From Bacteroidales bacterium (GTDB lineage Bacteria; Bacteroidota; Bacteroidia; Bacteroidales; WCHB1-69): DNA of 64,000 nucleotides. The notes under the pieces were generated by a model. It was not told where the DNA came from and made no database searches. It saw only the letters and a list, made by a program, of their open reading frames with translations. Both the position numbers and the translations under genes were made by a program. Location: assembly GCA_045116675.1 (NCBI GenBank), contig JBGUMF010000048.1:3751-67750 (forward strand). Reading direction: 5' to 3'. Shown piece after piece: positions 9,306 to 16,491 of this stretch. How positions within the stretch are numbered: the first letter of the stretch is position 1; each line of letters opens with the position of its first letter.

Positions 9306-10535
9306 TTAACTATTAATTGCTTGGTTTGACCTCATGATGGCTTCTTTCAGCATCTTCAGCATCTCCTCATCGGGTGGCACGTTGAACTTTTTCCGGAAGA
9401 AGTGGGATGCCAGCTCTATCGGGTCAGGCATGTTGTCGGCGTCGAAGGTGTCGGCGATGGGTTCTTCCTCGTCGTCGGACGAGATGGTCGGCAAGACGGT
9501 CTTCACGCAGCAGTAGCGGGCCTGTTTCCCCTTGAGGGTTTGGGTGATACGCTCCACGTAGTTGGGTGGCAGCGGACCGTTCAGCAGCACATGGAGGCGT
9601 ATGTAAGCCTGTGTGTCGGCGGGCAGCTCTTCCAATTCGGAGAGTGCCTCCTCGAAGGGGGCTGGTTTGGCGGGTAGGGTGAGCAGCGGTCGTGGGTTGC
9701 GGATGGGGATCTCCTCGACCACGGGGGCGGCGTCGCGCGCGATGGTCACTAATGACACGCCATGAGTGCCCTGTTCGTCAAACGACACGGCGATGGGCGT
9801 GCCGCAGTAGCGGGCCATGGCGGCGCCGCCGGTAAAGGTCTTGGCGTTGTGGATGTGCCCCAAAGCCAGATAGGCGTAGCCGTTTCCTAACTGTTCCTGG
9901 TCCACTGTCTCGATGTTGCCGAGGCTCTCCGCGAAGCTGTGGCCGGCGAAGTTGCCGCCTGTCAGGGAGAGGTGGGCGGTGAGCACCACAGGCAGACCGT
10001 CGGGATTGCGGCGGGCGGTCTCGTCCAACAGCAGTTGGAAGAAGGCCTTCTGACGTTCCTCTTTGGTTTGGGCCTCGCCGATTTGCGGGTAGCTGTACTC
10101 ATACACGTGTGGTACGGCGATGATGAAGCCGGCGGGATGCCCCTCATGATCCGTGATTTCCACAATGTGCCGGTCCGCATTAATGGAGCCGTCGTCCAGA
10201 CGTTCCACCTGGCCTATCACCTTCACATTCAGGCGGTCCCAAATCAGAGATTCCACTTCTATGGCGGATTTGCCGTCGTGGTTGCCGGCGGTGATCACGA
10301 TGCGCATATCGGGGCAACGGTCACGCAGGGTGAGGAGGGTGTTCACGTAGAGTTGCCGTGCCTCCACGGAGGGCACCACGCGGTCGAACACGTCGCCGCA
10401 TACGATCAGTGCATCGGGGCGTTCCCGTTCCGCAATGGCGACCAGTTGGTCGAGAAACGAGCGATGTTCATGCGTGCGGTCGTACTCGTACAGCACGTGC
10501 CCGAGGTGCCAGTCGGAGGTATGTAGTATTTTCAT
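9306..10535 (-). CDS. sbcD: exonuclease SbcD (Mre11-like phosphoesterase)
   Basis: MKILHTSDWHLGH, GDVFD and GNHD calcineurin-like phosphoesterase motifs. Confidence 0.9.
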   Translation of the reverse strand: MKILHTSDWHLGHVLYEYDRTHEHRSFLDQLVAIAERERPDALIVCGDVFDRVVPSVEARQLYVNTLLTLRDRCPDMRIVITAGNHDGKSAIEVESLIWDRLNVKVIGQVERLDDGSINADRHIVEITDHEGHPAGFIIAVPHVYEYSYPQIGEAQTKEERQKAFFQLLLDETARRNPDGLPVVLTAHLSLTGGNFAGHSFAESLGNIETVDQEQLGNGYAYLALGHIHNAKTFTGGAAMARYCGTPIAVSFDEQGTHGVSLVTIARDAAPVVEEIPIRNPRPLLTLPAKPAPFEEALSELEELPADTQAYIRLHVLLNGPLPPNYVERITQTLKGKQARYCCVKTVLPTISSDDEEEPIADTFDADNMPDPIELASHFFRKKFNVPPDEEMLKMLKEAIMRSNQAINS

Positions 10536-10550
10536 AACAGAGTAGTTGGG

Positions 10551-12884
10551 TTAATCGAGAAGACAACGGACTGAATAACCGAGCCGTTTGTACCAGCCAG
10601 TGTTGGTCACACACGTATTATCGTAGCGCAGTTGGCGACAACTTGAGAAGGTGCCAGTTCCTCCTGTTGAAGACCAAAAAAACGCGTTTTCGCCCGAGGA
10701 GAAAAAACTCGCACCGCCCCAGTTGCCTGCCGGAACTGCGGAAAACCCTGATGCATTATGCCATGGGTAATTTGCATCGCCAGGGGAGTTGGCGATGTTT
10801 GAAGTGTTCCAATAGTCTCCTGCCAATCTGCTCGCATGGTCTCCGCGTGTGCCTGTACCAGATACGTCCATCTCGGTTTGCGTAGTCTCCATTATGGTCC
10901 ACTCTGCATCACTTGGCACGTGCCAGCCAGTAGGGCAGATGCCCTGTACACCACTCGGAACGCTTGCACTGCTGTTTGCCCCATGCATCACTGCAGTCCA
11001 AGTATAATGGTAACCTCGAGCTTCTAATGGAATATTGGAACTATTGTAATCATAGTAGAAGGGTACATAATCGTTGAAATTGTCGCCACTGCCGGCAGGA
11101 ACAGCTGTCCCATCCGCGTAATGTGTGGTACGAAGGTTCTCCCGCATCCAGCATTGATTACCAATCTGTACCGTGTTATAAACATTACCATCGTAGTCTG
11201 TCACGGTGGCAGCATCCGGACAGGGTCCCTCCGACATGGCAGGAGTCACCAAGATGGTTCTCCCCCTGTCAAAAGCCAATTCCCATTCGGTTATCCAACC
11301 GTTGCAAAGGGGTTCACCATCTACCACTTCAATACTCCAAGTGCCGTTTAAAGGACAACCAATCAAGTTGGCGAAAGAATTTTCCGGATGGAATACGTTG
11401 GTCATTGCCGCCACGTTGGTGGAATCCAGGCGATGGTCACTAGTTATATTGCTGCTTACATAAACATAATTGTCAGGATGGTATTGGTAGTTGTTGTTTG
11501 TATTGTCCGACCAAACATAGTTCCATGGGGTTCCCATTGGATTGCTGGCGGGATTGCATTTGTTTTCATAATAATTGTTGGAAGTACCGTCAATTCCAAA
11601 TTGACAGTTGGGATTTCCTGTTGGAATCCATCCCCATTCCGATTGTGGAATAGCACTTGTGCATTCCGTGGTTGTCGAACTGCTGAATTTCCGTAAGATT
11701 GAGGAAAATTGTCCATTGGGACAAACCAGCGCTATCCATAAATCCCCAACCCACGAATGCTCTATTTTAATCCGCACAAAGCCAATGTCATTAACGCTCT
11801 GTATAGTGTCAGAAGGAGAAAAGTCGTTGATGTTCACAGACGACACGTAGGTGCACCCGTTGCCGCAATTCGTTCCATCGGCCAGAAAAGCAGTGTCTGT
11901 TTGCGTGAAAGATTGGGATATGCGGAACTGATATTCATTGCCATAAACCGTGCCGTAACGAATTGTGGCATAAGCTCTCAAATAGTACCTTTTTTCAGGG
12001 TCCAATCCTGCCAAAATACTGGAAAAGCTGCCCGTACCGCCGTTTTCCACCGAATGGTTGTTTGCCAGGGAGGGATGCGGGAGAGTTCCCCAGCAGAATC
12101 CCCGCGCTAACACGTTTTCATTTGTCGTCACTGTCCCATAGCATTGTACTGTCAACGAGTTATTAGAAGTCAGCGTGTCGGTAGTAACGGTCATAAGGCT
12201 GGTCGGATCAATGAGGAATAGCAACTGAATATCCTCACTTGTGTACTGTTGCTGCGTCACTGTTTCGCTCGGAAACAGTATGCCGTGACTGGAGAAATAA
12301 CCCGAGTATTGCATCTCATCTCCCAATTCAAAATCATGGGAGGATGTGCTTCTCAGACACACCTTCATCGCTTTTTCCGAATGGTTGGCCGTCCGAATCC
12401 TGTCGGCACTGGCATGGCCTTTGTTGATCATTTTCAGGCTGCGAGTGCCTGATGGGGCAGTCACCGACAGAACATATACTTGCGGAGTTGTCACGGAGAT
12501 CTCAAAAAAATTGTTTCCACAAACGAGGTTCCCACTATAGGATGCACATTTTTTCCCGTTTACGTCAACTAAGACCATCGTTACCGGCTCGTCTTTGGCA
12601 GATGAGATGTTGACCCGTGTCTGCCCATCAAATGGGTTTGGCATCACCTCCATGCCTTCCGCCAATTGGGGATCCTCTATCGAGGTGCCGATCTCCAACG
12701 TATATACGGTGTCGGGGAAAAAAATGGTTTCCGACCATCCCCGAGTGATGTTTTTCACGATAACGCTGTCTATCCGCACATAATTGTTGTTCTTGTCAAT
12801 GCCTGAAAACAGTAAATCTATTGTCTCTTGTGCATGAATTGTCAGTGAAAACAACGCTATTGAGAGAAGAAGGATTCTTTTCAT
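10551..12884 (-). CDS. secreted multidomain protein: signal peptide, internal T9SS-CTD-like segment, proprotein-convertase P-domain-like segment, C-terminal FISUMP domain
   Basis: Signal peptide MKRILLLSIALFSLTIHAQ. aa 78-156 read MPNPFDGQTRVNIS...VLVDVNGKK...VYVLSV...LKMI. IKIEHSWVGDLWIALVCPNG is P-domain-like. The C-terminus GNQCWMRENL...ICPTGWHVPSDAEW...NASGFSAVPAG...GYSVRCL matches the Fibrobacter succinogenes major paralogous domain. Confidence 0.75.
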   Translation of the reverse strand: MKRILLLSIALFSLTIHAQETIDLLFSGIDKNNNYVRIDSVIVKNITRGWSETIFFPDTVYTLEIGTSIEDPQLAEGMEVMPNPFDGQTRVNISSAKDEPVTMVLVDVNGKKCASYSGNLVCGNNFFEISVTTPQVYVLSVTAPSGTRSLKMINKGHASADRIRTANHSEKAMKVCLRSTSSHDFELGDEMQYSGYFSSHGILFPSETVTQQQYTSEDIQLLFLIDPTSLMTVTTDTLTSNNSLTVQCYGTVTTNENVLARGFCWGTLPHPSLANNHSVENGGTGSFSSILAGLDPEKRYYLRAYATIRYGTVYGNEYQFRISQSFTQTDTAFLADGTNCGNGCTYVSSVNINDFSPSDTIQSVNDIGFVRIKIEHSWVGDLWIALVCPNGQFSSILRKFSSSTTTECTSAIPQSEWGWIPTGNPNCQFGIDGTSNNYYENKCNPASNPMGTPWNYVWSDNTNNNYQYHPDNYVYVSSNITSDHRLDSTNVAAMTNVFHPENSFANLIGCPLNGTWSIEVVDGEPLCNGWITEWELAFDRGRTILVTPAMSEGPCPDAATVTDYDGNVYNTVQIGNQCWMRENLRTTHYADGTAVPAGSGDNFNDYVPFYYDYNSSNIPLEARGYHYTWTAVMHGANSSASVPSGVQGICPTGWHVPSDAEWTIMETTQTEMDVSGTGTRGDHASRLAGDYWNTSNIANSPGDANYPWHNASGFSAVPAGNWGGASFFSSGENAFFWSSTGGTGTFSSCRQLRYDNTCVTNTGWYKRLGYSVRCLLD

Positions 12885-12906
12885 ATCGGTATATTATTTA
12901 AAGTGA

Positions 12907-12914
12907 CAAAAGTA
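12907..12914 (-). promoter_or_regulatory. -7 box
   Basis: Reverse strand TACTTTTG, 23 nt upstream of the start at 12884. Confidence 0.4.
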
Positions 12915-12940
12915 AAAAAAAATGGAATATCTCTCCATTT
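12914..12940 (-). terminator. hairpin plus T-run after the HTH/membrane gene pair
   Basis: aaatgga-N7-tccattt stem. On the minus strand it runs into a T-run (the A-run at 12914-12922). Confidence 0.5.
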
Positions 12941-13010
12941 CGTTTTTTACCTGTTAGTTGATTTCATTCAGTGTTTATGAATTTGCAGCAAAGATGCTTT
13001 TTCTATATAT

Positions 13011-13041
13011 AGCGAGGTGGTCAAATTTTTTGACCACCTCG
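13011..13041. repeat. 31-nt perfect palindrome
   Basis: gcgaggtggtcaaa-ttt-tttgaccacctcgc, 41 nt downstream of the HTH gene stop. Confidence 0.8.
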
Positions 13042-13081
13042 CCAAAACTCAGATTTTTGCAATCGCGAAAAAAAAACTGTA

Positions 13082-13282
13082 TTAATCCCCCTCCTCCAGC
13101 ATGAACAGCTCTTCCACTGTTTTGCCGAAATATTGCGCCATCTTCAGCGCCAAGAGGGTGCTGGGGACGTATTTGCCTAACTCGATGGAGTTCACCGCTT
13201 GACGGGTCACGCCGATTTTTTCCGCCAGTTCGCCTTGGGTGATGTTAACTTCGGCGCGTGCCACTTTAATCCTGTTTTTCAT
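13082..13282 (-). CDS. small XRE/Cro-type HTH transcriptional regulator
   Basis: MKNRIKVARAEVNITQGELAEKIGVTRQAVNSIELGKYVPS is a canonical Cro/C1 HTH. The internal Met is chosen because the longer N-terminus overlaps the upstream gene. Confidence 0.85.
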   Translation of the reverse strand: MKNRIKVARAEVNITQGELAEKIGVTRQAVNSIELGKYVPSTLLALKMAQYFGKTVEELFMLEEGD

Positions 13283-13775
13283 AGCGCATGGAACGTTTGT
13301 TAAGGTACAGACGAAGGTAAAAACAAATGATGAAGACATACAGGATGGAGAAGATGTTGATCATCATCACCCACAGGAATGGAAGGCCCCATACGAAAAT
13401 CAGACAAAGTAGCACAATCCCGCTGTTGATGTACAGCGATAGGATCAGCGACTCATACCGGAGCTGCTCGATGAACTCATCGTCTTCCTGATTGCGGGAG
13501 AAACCGATGAAAATGCCGGCCACAATCAGCAAAATGCCGATGAATGTCAGCAGAAGGTCGTCGTTTGGGCCGAATGAGGAAGAAAGAAAGCTGGAGAACA
13601 GATCTCCATTGCCGTTCAGTCGTTCCATCCCGAAAAGCTCTCGGATGTTGTTGAGGCTGAAGTCGCATTGACTTTGGAAGATGGAGTGGAATATAATCAG
13701 TACAATGGTGATACCGAATATCCACCAACCTGTTTTTTTGAACCTGCTTGGTAGTAAGAACTTTGTGTTTTTCAT
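13266..13775 (-). CDS. multi-pass membrane protein paired with the HTH regulator
   Basis: Four hydrophobic helices. Overlaps the HTH start by 17 nt. Start set at MKNTKFLL. Confidence 0.65.
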   Translation of the reverse strand: MKNTKFLLPSRFKKTGWWIFGITIVLIIFHSIFQSQCDFSLNNIRELFGMERLNGNGDLFSSFLSSSFGPNDDLLLTFIGILLIVAGIFIGFSRNQEDDEFIEQLRYESLILSLYINSGIVLLCLIFVWGLPFLWVMMINIFSILYVFIICFYLRLYLNKRSMRYEKQD

Positions 13776-13815
13776 AACGTTTTTTTTTAAGGTAAGTAAT
13801 AATTTTTTGACGCCG

Positions 13816-13823
13816 CAAAAATA
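13816..13823 (-). promoter_or_regulatory. -7 box
   Basis: Reverse strand TATTTTTG, 41 nt upstream of the start at 13775. Confidence 0.4.
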
Positions 13824-13960
13824 CACAATTCTTGACAAAAAGCAAGTATAAGTTACAAAAAGTAATGTTTTTAATACAAAACCAATCTATCTGTGTGTGA
13901 ATCAGTATTTTAAAATTTTATTATTTTGTTATTATTGTGCAGGTAGATAGGTGTGGCTGT

Positions 13961-13996
13961 AAAAAAAAACGGCGGGCGTGTCAGAAGCGCCCGCCG
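13961..13996 (-). terminator. Rho-independent terminator
   Basis: GC stem cggcgggcg/cgcccgccg (13970-13996), followed on the minus strand by T9 (13961-13969), 15 nt after the stop at 14011. Confidence 0.75.
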
Positions 13997-14010
13997 CCGT
14001 CATCTGAATG

Positions 14011-14226
14011 CTATTGCTTGCACTTGAAGATGCTGATGCCCTCTGCTTCGTTGAGTTGGGCTTCCATGGCCTTGCACTCGTCTTTGTTTGATGTTTCATC
14101 TTCGTACACGGGTGCGAGGTGTGCGACGTCCGTCTTTGCGTAACAATGGCAACCGACTTTGTTGCAGGAAGTTGAGATTGCCGCCATCATTAACACAGCT
14201 GATACGATAGCCAATACTTTTTTCAT
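14011..14226 (-). CDS. small Cys-rich lipoprotein
   Basis: MKKVLAIVSAVLMMAAISTSC lipobox-type signal, with four further Cys in a 50-aa mature part. A dedicated terminator follows. Confidence 0.6.
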   Translation of the reverse strand: MKKVLAIVSAVLMMAAISTSCNKVGCHCYAKTDVAHLAPVYEDETSNKDECKAMEAQLNEAEGISIFKCKQ

Positions 14227-14329
14227 AATTTTTCTGAAGACTTCTTGGTTAAAAATAATGGGGTGACTGTGATCCTCTTTGCGGAAGTCTGTAACACATA
14301 GATATCGGCAGCCACTTTTTAATTGGGTT

Positions 14330-15034
14330 TTAGAATGATAAGGTCAGGCCTGCTCCGCCCGGTGTGAGGCCGAAGCGGAGTTGCATCGCCATGGTGGGTG
14401 ACGCATTGAAACGGTTGACAATCTGGTTGATGCGTACCTTGCTTCTGACTGTCAGCACGGCGGCGGGTACGATGAATGCGGTGGCCGCAAGGGCTCCGCC
14501 TGCACAAAGGAACACGCCGTACATTGCACTGCGCCAGAGAATGACACCAAGATCGTCGCTGTTGAGAATCTGCTCGTTATACTTTGCTGTCTGCACAAAA
14601 GAAGCGCAGAACTGGTATAGCCCGAGACCGGCTGTCACCGCGGCGGCACCGCCGGCCACAAAGAGCGGAATGCTGATGTACTGGTTGCGCTTCGCCTTGC
14701 GGTAATCCTTGTATTCAGATATGGAGAGCAGCCATTCCAAATCGCTGTTGTAGAGCCGGAAAAGCTCGTCGGATCCTGTGAGGTACATGTTCCCCTTCGC
14801 GTAATAAAGTCGTCCGGTGCCCCTGTCTTGGAGAAAAAGCTCTATCAGCTCATCCTTGCTCATCCCGGTATAGTCGGGGAGCGTGTCGCGCACATATAGC
14901 GTGTCGTAGGTGATTTCCTCCTCATAGATGTAGATCGTGTCCTGGTGAGTATGATCCCCATCCACTTGTGCGGTGGCGGAGAGTGTGGTTCCAGCAACGA
15001 TGAAAATCAGAAGTGCTCTTTTTAATAGGTTCAT
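14330..15034 (-). CDS. signal-peptide protein with two C-terminal TM helices (unknown function)
   Basis: MNLLKRALLIFIVAGTTLSATAQ, then a soluble domain, then two Gly/Ala-rich helices. Lies 13 nt downstream of the sigma gene. Confidence 0.6.
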   Translation of the reverse strand: MNLLKRALLIFIVAGTTLSATAQVDGDHTHQDTIYIYEEEITYDTLYVRDTLPDYTGMSKDELIELFLQDRGTGRLYYAKGNMYLTGSDELFRLYNSDLEWLLSISEYKDYRKAKRNQYISIPLFVAGGAAAVTAGLGLYQFCASFVQTAKYNEQILNSDDLGVILWRSAMYGVFLCAGGALAATAFIVPAAVLTVRSKVRINQIVNRFNASPTMAMQLRFGLTPGGAGLTLSF

Positions 15035-15047
15035 TATTATATTGCTG

Positions 15048-16118
15048 CTATTTTGTGGAATCTTGAATGACAATGATATGTTTGGTCTGTCGAATCTTCT
15101 TGACCACCACGGGTTGCGGAGTTTCTGACATTACGGTTGGATTGTCCAATGGGGCTGTCTCTTTGGGTGTGGTGGGTGCGGAAGAGGATGGGGTAGAGCG
15201 TTTTACGACAGGGCTTTTGTTCCCCGCTTCAAACAAAGCCGGCTCTTCCGAATCGTTTTCGGCGCTGCTGTCTGCCTCTGCTATAATGGGCTGAGGTTTT
15301 GAAACCTGCGGCGTTACGGTTGGATTGTCTTGCGGTGAGGGGAAGAGTAGGATGCCGGCGGTGATGGCTGCGCCGGTGGATGCGATGCCAGCGGTGACAG
15401 GAGCCCTGTGTGCATACATCCACAACTTGGGCGAGACTTTTGAGGTGGTGGGGAAGGCCTCTTCCTTCAGTGGTTGCAGCGGGGGGATGGCGAAATCTTT
15501 CAGCTGCGAGCGGCAATAACCGTCGATGGCTGTATCGGGATGAATGAATAATGGCAACAGTATCATAAGCAGGTGCTTTTTCTCTTTTGATTTGTTGAAC
15601 AATATCTTTTGCAGCTCCTTGCGCGCCCGTAGCAGGTGCGATTTGGAGGTGTTCGGAGAGATGTCCAGCAGTTTTGCAATCTGCTGATGGGTGAGCCGTT
15701 CGAAAACGTACAGGTTCAGCACTGTCCGGTGATGGTTGGGCAGTTGCGCGATGGCGTCCAGAATCTCCTCTTGGGAGAAGTCGGCTTTCCGGATGGCGGC
15801 CATCATATCGTCGGATGATAGCTCATTCTCTTCCGGAGTATCCGCTCCCAATGCTCTGGCATCATCCTTCAGTGGGCGTATGCGCTCCTGCTCCCTCAGG
15901 TGGAGCAGTGCCTTGTTGGCGGCAATACGCATCAGCCACCCCTCAAAGGAGCCGAACCCCCGGAAGGTGTCCGCCTTCTCGATGGCGGTGAGAAAGGCGT
16001 CGTGCGCAAGATCCTCGGCGATTGGCCGGTCAAGGACATATCGGTAGCACACGCCGATCATCTTTTCGATATTCTTTCTGTACGCTCTGGTCCAGAACGG
16101 TCTCATTCCATTTGTCAT
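15048..16118 (-). CDS. ECF-type sigma-70 factor with a 180-aa membrane-spanning C-terminal extension
   Basis: Region 2 DLAHDAFLTAI...WLMRIAANKA. Region 4 LPNHHRTVLNLYVFERLTHQQIAKLLDISPNTSKSHLLRARKEL. Then TM APVTAGIASTGAAITAGILLF and a Pro/Ser/Thr-rich tail. Confidence 0.8.
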   Translation of the reverse strand: MTNGMRPFWTRAYRKNIEKMIGVCYRYVLDRPIAEDLAHDAFLTAIEKADTFRGFGSFEGWLMRIAANKALLHLREQERIRPLKDDARALGADTPEENELSSDDMMAAIRKADFSQEEILDAIAQLPNHHRTVLNLYVFERLTHQQIAKLLDISPNTSKSHLLRARKELQKILFNKSKEKKHLLMILLPLFIHPDTAIDGYCRSQLKDFAIPPLQPLKEEAFPTTSKVSPKLWMYAHRAPVTAGIASTGAAITAGILLFPSPQDNPTVTPQVSKPQPIIAEADSSAENDSEEPALFEAGNKSPVVKRSTPSSSAPTTPKETAPLDNPTVMSETPQPVVVKKIRQTKHIIVIQDSTK

Positions 16119-16144
16119 ACTTGCAATTCAGTGCTTTTCCGCGG

Positions 16145-16152
16145 CAAAACTA
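16145..16152 (-). promoter_or_regulatory. -7 box
   Basis: Reverse strand TAGTTTTG, 27 nt upstream of the start at 16118. Confidence 0.4.
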
Positions 16153-16310
16153 CAAAAATGCCAGTGTTGAACGGAATCCCTCTTAATTTTTTTTTCTTTT
16201 CCCTTTTATTGATTTCGTTAGACAATCATTCGTTATACATCCGTGGATGTAACACTATGATGCAAGAATCGCAAATGGTTGCAGTAGGTTGAAAAATTTT
16301 TTTCGATGAA

Positions 16311-16365
16311 TGATTTGGCCGCAAACAATGTCGTTCAGTTCACGAGCCAAGGCTGATTTGTGGAC
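16311..16365 (-). pseudogene. relic of a HEPN gene 3' end
   Basis: About 80 percent identical by eye to 19717-19770 of the intact HEPN gene. The minus-frame translation KSALARELNDIVCGQII compares with KSALARELNETVCGQII. No start and no upstream half. Confidence 0.55.
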
Positions 16366-16390
16366 ATTCTCCCATTCTTATTTTGATTAC

Positions 16391-16423
16391 AAAAAACAGC
16401 GACTTACTTTCGTAAATCGCTGT
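16391..16423 (-). terminator. hairpin plus T-run after tRNA-fragment copy A
   Basis: acagcgactta/taaatcgctgt stem, homologous to the hairpin behind the intact tRNA at 20320-20350. Confidence 0.5.
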
Positions 16424-16430
16424 CGTTTTT

Positions 16431-16459
16431 TGAGCGACAGACGGGGTTCGAACCCGCGA
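16431..16459 (-). repeat. tRNA 3'-end fragment, copy A (att-like direct repeat)
   Basis: tgagcgacagacggggttcgaacccgcga is the T-arm plus 3' acceptor strand only. Identical to copy B. Shares the 21-nt block agacggggttcgaacccgcga with the intact tRNA-Gly. Confidence 0.85.
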
Positions 16460-16464
16460 TTTTA

Positions 16465-16481
16465 GGGATAGAACGGAGAAA
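16465..16481. repeat. degenerate inverted copy of the GGGACA arm motif
   Basis: gggatagaacggagaaa compares with the reverse complement of the arm motif, gggacagaaacgggacaaa. Confidence 0.5.
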
Positions 16482-16491
16482 TTCCGTAAAG

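Noticed and set aside
5784-10535. SbcCD as a defence-island ATPase-nuclease (Rad50/Mre11-like defence system).
   Set aside because: It has the canonical sbcD-sbcC order, sizes and motifs (zinc hook, calcineurin-like phosphoesterase), with GC and codon usage like the core genome. I read it as the housekeeping hairpin nuclease.
16431-16459. Possible additional tRNA genes at 16431-16459 and 18282-18310.
   Set aside because: Only the T-arm and 3' acceptor strand are present. The sequence about 40-70 nt upstream has no matching 5' acceptor strand (gcgacag), D-arm or anticodon arm.
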